Positions 1-8,478 of a stretch of DNA of 64,000 bases are shown here, in pieces. Positions within the stretch are counted from its first letter, which is position 1. Each line of letters starts with the position of its first letter. Below the pieces are notes generated by a model that had not been told where the DNA came from, made no database searches, and saw nothing but the letters and a program-made list of their open reading frames with translations. The translations under genes and the position numbers were made by a program. Source of the DNA: a virus (taxonomy: Duplodnaviria; Caudoviricetes); IMG/VR virus record IMGVR_UViG_2706796244_000001, positions 1-64,000 of that record. One strand, written 5' to 3'.

Positions 1-198
1 TGGTGCGGCCACACTGGCCCACACCTCACACACCCCCCCGGGTCGTTGCTGCCTATGCATGCACCCTACCCCCGTCATGTGCTGTCGTCCACACATCCAC
101 ACCGTCATGCTTGCGGTACGTCTGTGCCCTCGGCCCTTGCGGGCCTGTTGAGCGTGTTGTGGTGATGCGCTCTTATCTCATTAACTAAGGAGTATTCA

Positions 199-519
199 AT
201 GGCATCCACTCGTATGGCTTTCGGTTCGATCATGTCCACCATCTCTGGTGTGGCTGATTCGGCTGTGGCAATTGTCAATGTGGGCAACACCCTCGTGGCA
301 AAAGCTCAGCTCGCTGCTGACGATTCGCTGAAGGCACAAACTGTGCGCAGCAAAATCGGCAATGCTGTCCTGCAAGAAAACGCTATCCGCGAAGCTGCAA
401 TGGAACAGGCGCTCTCTACGATGAACATCAAGCAGTTCCAGGCTCAGTCTACTGAACATGCTGATGCCTTCGCCGAAGCCCATGCTTCATTCACCAAGCT
501 CTTCGACAAGAAGGACTAA
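199..519 (+). CDS. First early gene, N4 gp1-like helical protein (106 aa)
   Basis: SD AAGGAG at 187-192; position as first gene ahead of the gp2-like gene and size match the N4-like left-end layout. Confidence 0.6.
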   Translation: MASTRMAFGSIMSTISGVADSAVAIVNVGNTLVAKAQLAADDSLKAQTVRSKIGNAVLQENAIREAAMEQALSTMNIKQFQAQSTEHADAFAEAHASFTKLFDKKD

Positions 520-524
520 ACCCT

Positions 525-548
525 GTTGGGCTAAGCAATTAGCTCAAC
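525..548 (+). other. RNA hairpin (10-bp stem, GCAA loop) after gene 1
   Basis: GTTGGGCTAA-GCAA-TTAGCTCAAC; no clear U tract, so terminator versus processing site is undecided. Confidence 0.45.
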
Positions 549-572
549 TCACCTCTACTTAGGAGTTCACTC

Positions 573-662
573 ATGTTTGCCAAGTTGACCGCTTTCCTCA
601 TCCTGTGCGGTTGCCTTGGCATCGTGTGGGATTCCGTTCGTTCCCTTTCCTCTTTCATCTGA
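573..662 (+). CDS. 29-aa hydrophobic peptide (MFAKLTAFLILCGCLGIVWDSVRSLSSFI)
   Basis: SD AGGAG at 561-565, ATG 573, TGA 660-662; fills the gap between genes; below the ORF track cutoff. Confidence 0.6.
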   Translation: MFAKLTAFLILCGCLGIVWDSVRSLSSFI

Positions 663-679
663 CTCTAGGAGTTCTCATC

Positions 680-1099
680 ATGTCCGTTACCTCTCAAGCT
701 CTGCGTTCGCCCTTCGGTGCCAAGCCTGCTCAAACCTCTGCACCTGTTGCCGAGGACAAGCCCAAGACCCAGCTGTGGATCAACATCGGCTTCGACTCTG
801 GCGTGCCCGATCCTGCCAACCCTGGCAAGACTGTGTTCATCGCCATGCCTGGTGGTATCCCGCTGGAATCCATCAAGCACAAGCCCATCAAGGGCAAGGG
901 CGACTACGCTGACATGCTGGCTGCCGGCAATGCCATCCTGGATCAGGTCATGGCTGCCGCTACCGACCTGCAACCCGGCGAAGCCAAGATCATCGGCGGT
1001 GCTGAAGGTGGCCTGCTCATCGAGCTGCGCCGCATCCAGCCGGAAGCTCAGGCATCTGCGCCCGAAGCCAACAAGTTCATGCGTGCCATGAGCCTGTGA
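680..1099 (+). CDS. N4 gp2-like ssDNA-binding activator of phage RNAP II (139 aa)
   Basis: SD AGGAG before ATG 680; WINIGF...GIPL...LQPGEAKII...ELRRI pattern resembles N4 gp2 as recalled; syntenic position. Confidence 0.65.
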   Translation: MSVTSQALRSPFGAKPAQTSAPVAEDKPKTQLWINIGFDSGVPDPANPGKTVFIAMPGGIPLESIKHKPIKGKGDYADMLAAGNAILDQVMAAATDLQPGEAKIIGGAEGGLLIELRRIQPEAQASAPEANKFMRAMSL

Positions 1100-1105
1100 T
1101 CCGTC

Positions 1106-1147
1106 GGCCTCTGCTCTCTTCGGAGAGTGGGGGCCTTCGGCTTTTGT
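1106..1147 (+). terminator. Intrinsic terminator with UUCG loop
   Basis: GGCCT..CTCTC-TTCG-GAGAG..GGGCC followed by CTTTTGT. Confidence 0.65.
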
Positions 1148-1176
1148 CCCTGATAGATAGCTCAAGGAGATAGCTC

Positions 1177-1542
1177 ATGTCTTTCGTTTCCCCTGAAAGG
1201 GCTGCACTCATAGCAGCCAATGCTCTCGATAATGCAAAGGCTGCATTTCAAACCATGCCTGCCGATATGCGCAAGGAATTCATGGCCTGGTGCATCAACA
1301 AGGACAAAGAGATGCAGTCTCGCCTGTTCCCTGGTGTCCAGGCGGGATTCAAACTGGTGGCCATGTCTAACTTCTACCGAGATTATTGGGATGAGGAAGA
1401 ACATGCAGCTCGGTGGAATGACCAGGCAGAAGCACAAATACATGCCGACTACCTCAACAATCAGAAGGGCATACACGCAGAAGAACACTGGGTGGTCAAG
1501 CCTGCCAATTACCAACTGAAGAAAGGCAGTGACCAATTGTGA
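1177..1542 (+). CDS. Hypothetical early protein (121 aa)
   Basis: SD AAGGAG, ATG 1177, GTGA overlap with the next gene. Confidence 0.75.
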   Translation: MSFVSPERAALIAANALDNAKAAFQTMPADMRKEFMAWCINKDKEMQSRLFPGVQAGFKLVAMSNFYRDYWDEEEHAARWNDQAEAQIHADYLNNQKGIHAEEHWVVKPANYQLKKGSDQL

Positions 1543-1907
1543 TCTTCGTATTCGGATCCAATCAAGCAGGCATCCACGGTAAGGGTGCAGCATTGCATGC
1601 CCGTAAATACTACGGCGCACTCCAGGGTGTGGGCGAAGGTCCGACAGGAAAAGCCTATGCCATTCCTACAAAGGACAGGTCGATCAAGACCTTGCCTCTG
1701 CATACCATTCAAGAAGGCGTTGATCGCTTCCTTGAATATGCCAAGCCTTATGTGTTTGCTGAATTCCAGGTGACACGTATTGGCTGTGGCCTGGCAGGCT
1801 ACAAGGATGCGGACATTGCACCCATGTTCCTGCATGCACCCAACAACTGCATCTTCGACCGGGCCTGGAAACCATGGCTGGGTGATGCCCGTCGCTACTT
1901 CAATTAG
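1539..1907 (+). CDS. DarG/TARG1-like macrodomain protein (putative ADP-ribose glycohydrolase)
   Basis: NQAGIHGKGAAL, AIPTK and RIGCGLAG correspond to DarG NTVGVMGKGIAL, NFPTK and PLGAGNGG motifs. Confidence 0.7.
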   Translation: MIFVFGSNQAGIHGKGAALHARKYYGALQGVGEGPTGKAYAIPTKDRSIKTLPLHTIQEGVDRFLEYAKPYVFAEFQVTRIGCGLAGYKDADIAPMFLHAPNNCIFDRAWKPWLGDARRYFN

Positions 1908-1915
1908 AACCAAGG

Positions 1916-1942
1916 GGAAAGGGCAGTTGTCCTTTCCTGTTT
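1916..1942 (+). terminator. Probable intrinsic terminator
   Basis: GGAAAGGGC-AGTT-GTCCTTTCC then TGTTT. Confidence 0.5.
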
Positions 1943-1975
1943 GCTCTATCCACATCCAACTCAAAGGAGTTTCCC

Positions 1976-2344
1976 GTGAACGCATCCCAATTCATTCAAG
2001 CCGTGACTCAACCCATGGCCCAGTTCTATGTCCAGCCTCTGCACAATCCCAATAGCGGTGAGTTCTGCACTGTGCTGCGCCAAATGAGACACCTCTCCAT
2101 GCTGGGCATAACCGTACCCAAGACATTGAAGGTGCTGGCCACTGGCCGAGTGGAAGGCTATCAATACACCTGTCCCTCTTCTCGTAGGCAGGCACAGATC
2201 AATGAGACTCCCGTGCACATGGGCCGTTTCTCAATAGAAAGAGTCCAGACCCGCAAGGGTACGTGGCTCAGGTACGTCAACATCGCATGGGGAGGAGAGA
2301 TCCACCGCGTGCAGATCCAACCTACCACCTTGTTCATCGATTAA
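1976..2344 (+). CDS. Hypothetical early protein (122 aa)
   Basis: SD AAGGAG, GTG start. Confidence 0.7.
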   Translation: MNASQFIQAVTQPMAQFYVQPLHNPNSGEFCTVLRQMRHLSMLGITVPKTLKVLATGRVEGYQYTCPSSRRQAQINETPVHMGRFSIERVQTRKGTWLRYVNIAWGGEIHRVQIQPTTLFID

Positions 2345-2354
2345 GGAGATTCAA

Positions 2355-2702
2355 ATGACAAACCCAAACCTTATCCATGCTCTCGATGCAGCCGTAATCA
2401 ATAAAGCAGTGGATCATCTGAAGAAGGTGGCCTTCGAGAATGCACTCACTGCCATAGCTGTGCTGGACATTGCACAAATGGAACTGCTGCAAGCCCACAT
2501 CAGCCACGAGCTAATGCACCTCAAATTCGTGGGCCAAGCCACTACTGTGGCTGACCTTCCTACAGAAGCCATTCCATTCCCTGATCTGTATGAAATGCCT
2601 GAGCTGGTCAGCGATGACGCTCAACGCATTCATCAAGGCCAGCTGTATGCCGAAGGCATTGACCAGCTGAAGGCTGAACGCAACAAAGCACTGGGCCTGT
2701 AA
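2355..2702 (+). CDS. Hypothetical early protein (115 aa)
   Basis: SD TAAGGAG, ATG 2355. Confidence 0.75.
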   Translation: MTNPNLIHALDAAVINKAVDHLKKVAFENALTAIAVLDIAQMELLQAHISHELMHLKFVGQATTVADLPTEAIPFPDLYEMPELVSDDAQRIHQGQLYAEGIDQLKAERNKALGL

Positions 2703-2836
2703 TGTTCACGTTCATTGAACGGCATCACGACATGATGCTGCGTTATTGCACAGGCTTGCCAGTCTTCTGGACCATGCCTGAACCCAACCTCAATCTCACA
2801 GCACTCAGTGCTGCAATCAAGGAAGCATTCAAATGA
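2702..2836 (+). CDS. 44-aa hypothetical protein
   Basis: TAATG overlap upstream and ATGA overlap downstream; exactly fills the gap. Confidence 0.6.
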   Translation: MFTFIERHHDMMLRYCTGLPVFWTMPEPNLNLTALSAAIKEAFK

Positions 2837-3084
2837 CCCGAGCATTCCCTATAGCGTTGCGTCTTAATGCGGAAGGCTATCCATACTTGGCCTACGACGC
2901 CGGCTCCATGTCTGAAGAGCGTGCCCGTGAACTGATTGGCTATCGCCATCTGATGAATGGCAAACACAACATCCGCATCGCCAAGTGCGGTGGTCGCTGG
3001 TTGACATTCATTCGCCGTGGCACTCCACAGTTTGAACGTCAGCTGGCCCGTCAACATGTCGCTCGACTGAATGGAGAAATCTAA
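2833..3084 (+). CDS. Hypothetical protein (83 aa)
   Basis: Translationally coupled at both ends. Confidence 0.7.
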   Translation: MTRAFPIALRLNAEGYPYLAYDAGSMSEERARELIGYRHLMNGKHNIRIAKCGGRWLTFIRRGTPQFERQLARQHVARLNGEI

Positions 3085-3401
3085 TGCACTACGCAATCAC
3101 TGGCCTGTCTCAAGAACAGGTGCTGCACATCCGCAAGACCATACCCATGTTTCCCATTTCCACAGATGGGGCTAACGCCATATTAGATCGTATCGATCTG
3201 GCACTGGTACAGCCACAGGTGGATGACGCAATGGAGATACTGAAGCAGATGGATAACCGTCAGCTTCAAAGCATCCAGCAAGCATATGAATCCCATCCAA
3301 ATGCAGGGCCCTATGAAGTGGCATTGCGAAATGCCATCCTCCAATACCGCATATCTCAGGGCTACACCACCATCGTATTCAAGCAGGAGATCAATACATG
3401 A
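3084..3401 (+). CDS. Hypothetical protein (105 aa)
   Basis: TAATG coupling, SD GGAG. Confidence 0.7.
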   Translation: MHYAITGLSQEQVLHIRKTIPMFPISTDGANAILDRIDLALVQPQVDDAMEILKQMDNRQLQSIQQAYESHPNAGPYEVALRNAILQYRISQGYTTIVFKQEINT

Positions 3402-3550
3402 GTAATACCCTCATCGCATTGCTCGTGGCAGCAGTCCTCATTGGCTGTGCCGTGGCAACTCGCAAGACCAGCCCAACCCTGTCGGGCATCCTGACATTCC
3501 TGGGCCTGGTCGCTATCTTCACTATTGGACAGGGAATGGATAAGCCATGA
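3398..3550 (+). CDS. 50-aa protein with two hydrophobic helices
   Basis: SD CAGGAG, ATGA overlaps at both ends; MSNTLIALLVAAVLIGCAVA...GILTFLGLVAIFTIG. Confidence 0.65.
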   Translation: MSNTLIALLVAAVLIGCAVATRKTSPTLSGILTFLGLVAIFTIGQGMDKP

Positions 3551-3756
3551 GCCAACGCATCGTGATTATGTCCACCACGTTCTTTGAACAGGACACAGTG
3601 GAAATGGCCCTTGAAGAAAACGGAACCTATTCCGTGTATATGGGTGCAGCCGGCATGGAAGAAATGAAGATTGCCGATGCATATGAACTCTACAAGGATT
3701 ACGTGAAGATCCAACTGAGAAAGGTATTTGAATGTCTGCTCCAACTCTCGGCGTGA
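3547..3756 (+). CDS. Hypothetical acidic protein (69 aa)
   Basis: ATGA coupling to the upstream gene. Confidence 0.65.
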   Translation: MSQRIVIMSTTFFEQDTVEMALEENGTYSVYMGAAGMEEMKIADAYELYKDYVKIQLRKVFECLLQLSA

Positions 3757-4313
3757 TCGGCACTGCCGGTCGGGACAAGACCAAGCCCATGACAGCCAGG
3801 CTGTTCAACTCCATGTGCCACTACCTGTGGCAGCTGATCCATGACTATGGTGAGCCGGTCAACCTGGTGAGCGGCGGGGCAGCCTGGGCTGATCACACTG
3901 CTGTGGTGGTGTGGCTCAAGCTCATGGAACAGGAACACCCGAACGTGGGCAAGCTCACGCTCCACATGCCTGCTCCCTGGGACTGGGAGCGCAAGCAGTA
4001 CGCCGACTCCAAGTGTGGGGGCGTGAGCAACCACTACTTCGAGCGCATGAACTGGCGCACCCACGAAGATCACCTCGGTGAGCTGGAGTTGGTGCAACGG
4101 TTGGCGGGGTGCGAATGCACCTATGCACCCGCCTCTGCTGGCATGGGCTCCTTCTTCCAGCGCAACAGCCTGGTGGCTCAACAGTCCGACTTCCTACTCG
4201 CCTTCACCTGGGGTGAGTCGGAAGACAAGCCGGCCGACGGCGGCACCATGGACACCTGGAACAAGTGCCGAGGCATCAAGAGCCACGTCCCACTCCACAC
4301 GCTTCAGGCGTAA
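3732..4313 (+). CDS. SLOG superfamily (YspA/DprA-like Rossmannoid) protein (193 aa)
   Basis: LGVIGTAGR, LVSGGAAWAD, RNSLVAQQSDFLLAF and DGGTMDT are typical SLOG motifs. Confidence 0.65.
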   Translation: MSAPTLGVIGTAGRDKTKPMTARLFNSMCHYLWQLIHDYGEPVNLVSGGAAWADHTAVVVWLKLMEQEHPNVGKLTLHMPAPWDWERKQYADSKCGGVSNHYFERMNWRTHEDHLGELELVQRLAGCECTYAPASAGMGSFFQRNSLVAQQSDFLLAFTWGESEDKPADGGTMDTWNKCRGIKSHVPLHTLQA

Positions 4314-4406
4314 GACTTTAGCCCAACATACTTCTACTCATGGGGTTGAGGGCTATACCCTATTTCCTACTTTTTCACCCACTTTGCCCTATGGGCACCT
4401 AAGACC

Positions 4407-5264
4407 ATGAAACTCATCAAGAAACTGATCCATCGTGCCCTCGGTATCGAGGTTGTGAGTGCCCTGCGCCAGCCGCAGGCTGACCGGGAGCACGCAGTGC
4501 GGACGGTCAAGCCGAAGGATGGCAGCACCTTCCTGGCCCAGCATCCCAGCCTCTGGGATGACGTGTTGGCCATGGCAGATAGATGCATCAAGGCTGTGCG
4601 TAAGCTGTGGACAATTCCCACACCCAAGCAGCCGAGCCAAGAGGAAATGGCTGCTGTCTTCGCACGCCATACGCAGACTGCTGCCCAGGTCGGCTATGAC
4701 CTGATGAAGCAGGGTATCCGTGAGCGCCTGCGCAAGGATCAAGACGCATGGGTGCGGCAGACACTGCTCGGGTCCGACAATCCTGAAGTGGCAGCTCTTG
4801 GTGTGCGCTCCGATGTGCAAGAGCACCTGGATCTCTCCCGGCGACGGGAGGAATTGCTGGGCGAGATGAGCATGGATGCCGACAAGCTCCGTGAGTCCCT
4901 TACCCAGGCCGAGGTCTATCGCATGATTCATGGCACTTACCAGCTGACCAGCGACCAGATGGAGCGGCTGCTGATAGGCATCAAGGAGTGCAAGTCCAGG
5001 GCCAGAGCCAACCAGCTCTGGGACCGTGCACTGGCCACCTACGTGCCTGAACATACTGACCCCAAGCTCAAGGAAATCATGCAGGAAGTGGCAGACGTAA
5101 GGCTTAGACAATTCGCTGCTGAAGATGCTGCCGCTGCTCAGGCCAAGAAGCCTGTGATTCGGTGGTGTCCCGTGTTGCAGCAATGGCGTGCCGCAGGCCT
5201 ACCGTATGTAGCAGCATGCTGCGCGATCAAACTTAATCTGCTGAACCAGAAAGGAAAGAGATGA
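4407..5264 (+). CDS. Hypothetical helical protein (285 aa)
   Basis: Long ORF with coding-like codon usage, ATGA overlap downstream. Confidence 0.8.
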   Translation: MKLIKKLIHRALGIEVVSALRQPQADREHAVRTVKPKDGSTFLAQHPSLWDDVLAMADRCIKAVRKLWTIPTPKQPSQEEMAAVFARHTQTAAQVGYDLMKQGIRERLRKDQDAWVRQTLLGSDNPEVAALGVRSDVQEHLDLSRRREELLGEMSMDADKLRESLTQAEVYRMIHGTYQLTSDQMERLLIGIKECKSRARANQLWDRALATYVPEHTDPKLKEIMQEVADVRLRQFAAEDAAAAQAKKPVIRWCPVLQQWRAAGLPYVAACCAIKLNLLNQKGKR

Positions 5265-5587
5265 GCATCACCGCCGAGGCAGTCGTCCGTGACTTCTGCC
5301 TTGAGTACCACACCTGGGCTACTGATGGTGCACCTGATGGCAAGCCCTTCTACCGCTCGTTCTCCCTCTGCGAGAACCTGCGCCACCTGCTGACGCTCCA
5401 CCAGTTCCCCAAGGATCTGGCTGCATCTGCGGATGCTTGGTTGTTGCAGGCTTTGCCTGCTTCGCCCTGGCGAGACAGCTTCCCCTTCAACAACGGGATC
5501 CACGACTGGTTGGCCGAGGGCTACCAGGAAGCACACCACCTCAATGAAAAACGCATCGCATGGTGCAAGGAGTACGGAAATGTCTGA
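5261..5587 (+). CDS. Hypothetical protein (108 aa)
   Basis: SD AAAGGA, coupled to the upstream gene. Confidence 0.75.
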   Translation: MSITAEAVVRDFCLEYHTWATDGAPDGKPFYRSFSLCENLRHLLTLHQFPKDLAASADAWLLQALPASPWRDSFPFNNGIHDWLAEGYQEAHHLNEKRIAWCKEYGNV

Positions 5588-5993
5588 CAAGGATTTGTGC
5601 CTGCCGAGTGAGCAGGCCCAGAAGCTGCTGATCAATGCCAACGTGGCCCGGCGTGAATACCTCCAGGCCCGGTTCGAGGGGCCAGAGGAAATGCAGGTGC
5701 TTCACGACAAGATGCAGGCTGCGGATATCGCGGTCAACCGCTACATCCGTGACGCAGAGCAGCGTGCAGCCAAGCTGCTGCCTGGCCTGAACCTGCGCTG
5801 GGAGTTCCGATGGCTCAACCCCGGCAACCAGACCGTTCTCTGGGATGGTGCACTGGACTGGGTGCCTGTCAAACCTGACGTTCGTGGTCAGACCATCGAG
5901 CAGAAGGTCAAGGAGATCCAGGGCTACACATGGCAGGGCAAGCGCTGCTACGCAGTGCGCCCGGTGTACGAGTCCTACGGCGAGGAATGCTGA
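5580..5993 (+). CDS. Hypothetical protein (137 aa)
   Basis: SD AAGGAG before ATG 5580 within the longer track ORF. Confidence 0.7.
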   Translation: MSDKDLCLPSEQAQKLLINANVARREYLQARFEGPEEMQVLHDKMQAADIAVNRYIRDAEQRAAKLLPGLNLRWEFRWLNPGNQTVLWDGALDWVPVKPDVRGQTIEQKVKEIQGYTWQGKRCYAVRPVYESYGEEC

Positions 5994-6256
5994 TGGCCGA
6001 GCTCAACGTCTCCCAATTCGCGGTGCAGCTGGCCAAGATCTTCGGCGAGAAATCCATCGCCTATGGCAGTGGTGCCGCCACGCTGGAGCAATGCTCTGCT
6101 GCAGCCCGTGACCTGATCACCTACATCGCCAACCTGGAGCGCCGGGCCGCCATTGGTGCTGAACTGGTGGAGGCCATCCGCTTCGCACCCAACGGCATCC
6201 GTGCGATCCAGACCATCGCCAATTGGGACCAACACCAGAAGGAGCACCCGCTGTGA
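5993..6256 (+). CDS. Hypothetical protein (87 aa)
   Basis: TGATG coupling, SD GAGGA. Confidence 0.7.
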   Translation: MAELNVSQFAVQLAKIFGEKSIAYGSGAATLEQCSAAARDLITYIANLERRAAIGAELVEAIRFAPNGIRAIQTIANWDQHQKEHPL

Positions 6257-6390
6257 TGGATCACTTCATGGTCAAGCAGTTCGGCGGCATACGCATGCTC
6301 GTCATCTACGACCGCGACCTCAACCCATGGGACTTCTATTGGTCCCACTACCGCCTGATGAAGGAGCTGCCTCGTGCTGCAACTGTCTGA
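6256..6390 (+). CDS. 44-aa hypothetical protein
   Basis: SD AAGGAG, TGATG coupling. Confidence 0.55.
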   Translation: MDHFMVKQFGGIRMLVIYDRDLNPWDFYWSHYRLMKELPRAATV

Positions 6391-6607
6391 TCCCTGGCAC
6401 GTCCGTGCCGACAATGCCTACGGTCGATCCATCCTGACGCGCAACAACCACTACCAGGTGGAGCAGAAGGATGTAGGCCGTCATCTCAACAATTTCGGCG
6501 GCTATGGCCGCCCAGGCATCACGCTGCGCCAGCAACATGTGGGCCTGAAGCTGATCCATGCCGAGTACGAAGGGTGGAACAGCTGGTACTGGGACACCCG
6601 ACCATGA
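6374..6607 (+). CDS. Hypothetical protein (77 aa)
   Basis: SD AAGGAG at 6361, GTG start, ATGA overlap downstream. Confidence 0.6.
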   Translation: MLQLSDPWHVRADNAYGRSILTRNNHYQVEQKDVGRHLNNFGGYGRPGITLRQQHVGLKLIHAEYEGWNSWYWDTRP

Positions 6608-7032
6608 GCCAACACCCCATCTCGTTCACCTGGGCCCGCAAGGATCCCAATGGCTACGAATGCAGCAGCAAGGGCGACAAGCGCTTCTCTGCCTTCGGTG
6701 CCTACATGCCTGATGGCCGCACCATCGAAGCCTGGTATCAGTGCGACGTGAAAGGCTACAAGCCTGGCGGCACCGAATGGCAACTGGGCAAGGGTCAGCC
6801 TCCGGCTGTGCCCTACCTGCCTGGCCAGCTGTATCAGGCCTATCTGGGGCTGTGGCGCCTTTGGGCTGTCCGCAACCCACTGCTGATGGTCGAGCTCTAT
6901 GAGCGGGCCAAGAAGCATCGTGTGCTGACCGACATGTTTGCCGCGGCAAACGAGGACAGCATCAACCAAGCACGGGCCCTGGCCCAGATCCTCAACGAAT
7001 GGATCGTCCCTGAAATGAAAGACGGAGTTTGA
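6604..7032 (+). CDS. Divergent NADAR-like protein (142 aa)
   Basis: FSAF..DGRTIEAWYQCDVK..GKG..RNPLL..LTD..NQARALAQILNE follows the order of YbiA/NADAR motifs FSNF..EHYFQAQK..GR..QHAEL..LVE..NRLGYLLMELRE. Confidence 0.5.
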   Translation: MSQHPISFTWARKDPNGYECSSKGDKRFSAFGAYMPDGRTIEAWYQCDVKGYKPGGTEWQLGKGQPPAVPYLPGQLYQAYLGLWRLWAVRNPLLMVELYERAKKHRVLTDMFAAANEDSINQARALAQILNEWIVPEMKDGV

Positions 7033-7033
7033 A

Positions 7034-7615
7034 ATGAACACGATACGTACAGCAATGGCAGCGCAGATCAACGCATCGCGCAACTACAGCATCGAACCAG
7101 AGGAAGAAGGGCTGGTCATGTTTGGCGGGCCCATCGCCCAGGTCAAGGAATGCAAGCTGGACAGCAATGGCATGGTGGCCGGGCTGGAGCTCACTCTGGG
7201 CTCCATCTGCCCCGAGCAGACGAAGCGGCCCTACTGCCCCGAGTGTGGCCACCACGATGTGTCCATCGACGCCGTGGGCGAATGGTGCACCGTAGCCAAC
7301 GACTGGGTGCTCAAGGACACCTACAACAGCGGCGGTTGCTGCGAATGCGGAGCCTCCGAGCTCAAGCGCTTCGACGTGATGACCGATGCCGAGCACACCG
7401 CCCACTGGCAAGCCAAGCTGGATGAGAAGGGCAAGGAACTGGCCCTGTCCGTGGACAAGGATCAGGGCGTGCTCTACCGCACCGAGCAGCTGCCCAACGG
7501 CGGCGTGAAGCTGTTCCTCAAGCTGACCGAGAAGGGCAAGCTCTCCTTCGCCAAGGAGATGGGCCTGCCCTCGGCCAACATGGGTAGCTTCGCCGCTATC
7601 TCGATTGGCGACTGA
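7034..7615 (+). CDS. Hypothetical protein with a putative Zn finger (193 aa)
   Basis: CPEC...CCEC cysteine pairs; SD GGAG. Confidence 0.7.
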   Translation: MNTIRTAMAAQINASRNYSIEPEEEGLVMFGGPIAQVKECKLDSNGMVAGLELTLGSICPEQTKRPYCPECGHHDVSIDAVGEWCTVANDWVLKDTYNSGGCCECGASELKRFDVMTDAEHTAHWQAKLDEKGKELALSVDKDQGVLYRTEQLPNGGVKLFLKLTEKGKLSFAKEMGLPSANMGSFAAISIGD

Positions 7616-7845
7616 TGATCAAGTACGTGCTCCGCCCGGGGCATGTGCGGAGCAAGTCCGATGGCGAGGTGCACTTCATAAATGCACAGCGCCTGGCCGA
7701 ACTCTACCGTGTCCCCCTCAACGAATGTGCAGTCTGGGACAACCGGCTGCCACTTACCACCAACCTGAAGATGCATGCCGGCCGCCTGGCCCTGCATCCC
7801 CGTAACAACGGAAACTACGATGACCTACCTGCGATTCCGCTCTGA
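7615..7845 (+). CDS. Hypothetical protein (76 aa)
   Basis: TGATG coupling. Confidence 0.6.
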   Translation: MIKYVLRPGHVRSKSDGEVHFINAQRLAELYRVPLNECAVWDNRLPLTTNLKMHAGRLALHPRNNGNYDDLPAIPL

Positions 7846-8473
7846 CATTCTGGGCAGCTCCGATGGAGCGCCGGCCCGTGCAGTCCTCTGCATCATGGCC
7901 TTCCTGCTGTGCTGGCAAGTGCCCGGCTCTCTCCCCTGGTTCATCGGGGGAATGGTCGGTGTCATCTTGCTCGACATGGCCATGTCCTGGCTGGACGACC
8001 GCATGCGTGACCGTGAATGGGTCCGCGTGACCAACGTGTGGATGCAACTGCGGCCCCAAGAGATCATGGAGTCCTTCCTGGATGACTGGTACATCTGGGC
8101 CCAGCACAAGCTCCTGCCAGGCAAGTACGGCGAGGGTGAAGTGAGCTTCCGCGACGAGGACACCCTGTGCACTGCCTTTTGGCATTGGCAGGGTTACATC
8201 GCTGAGCGTTACGGCATCACCCAGAACTCAGTGACCTGGGCCACCTGGCGTGCTCGCTGCAACGAGGCCGGCATCATCATGCGCAAGCAGTTGATGGAGT
8301 TTGCCCACGGCACGCTCAAGGAGCGGGTCTCATCCAAGGATCCGTTCTGCGACGTGTTCTGGCTGGAAGACGAGTACGAGCCTGGCCGCTTGCCTCGCTA
8401 CCACAATCCGATCCGCGTCCAGTTTGCCTATCAGACTCGACGCTTCCACTTCTGCCACTTGCTGGCTGATTAA
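7820..8473 (+). CDS. Membrane protein with two N-terminal TM segments (217 aa)
   Basis: Hydrophobic VLCIMAFLLCWQV and WFIGGMVGVILLDMAM. Confidence 0.7.
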   Translation: MTYLRFRSDILGSSDGAPARAVLCIMAFLLCWQVPGSLPWFIGGMVGVILLDMAMSWLDDRMRDREWVRVTNVWMQLRPQEIMESFLDDWYIWAQHKLLPGKYGEGEVSFRDEDTLCTAFWHWQGYIAERYGITQNSVTWATWRARCNEAGIIMRKQLMEFAHGTLKERVSSKDPFCDVFWLEDEYEPGRLPRYHNPIRVQFAYQTRRFHFCHLLAD

Positions 8474-8478
8474 CCCAG

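Noticed and set aside
1-198. Canonical N4 vRNAP promoter hairpin (C-GNA-G triloop on the template strand)
   Set aside because: No exact match found; the hairpins here have tetraloops, and the window may start inside the terminal repeat.
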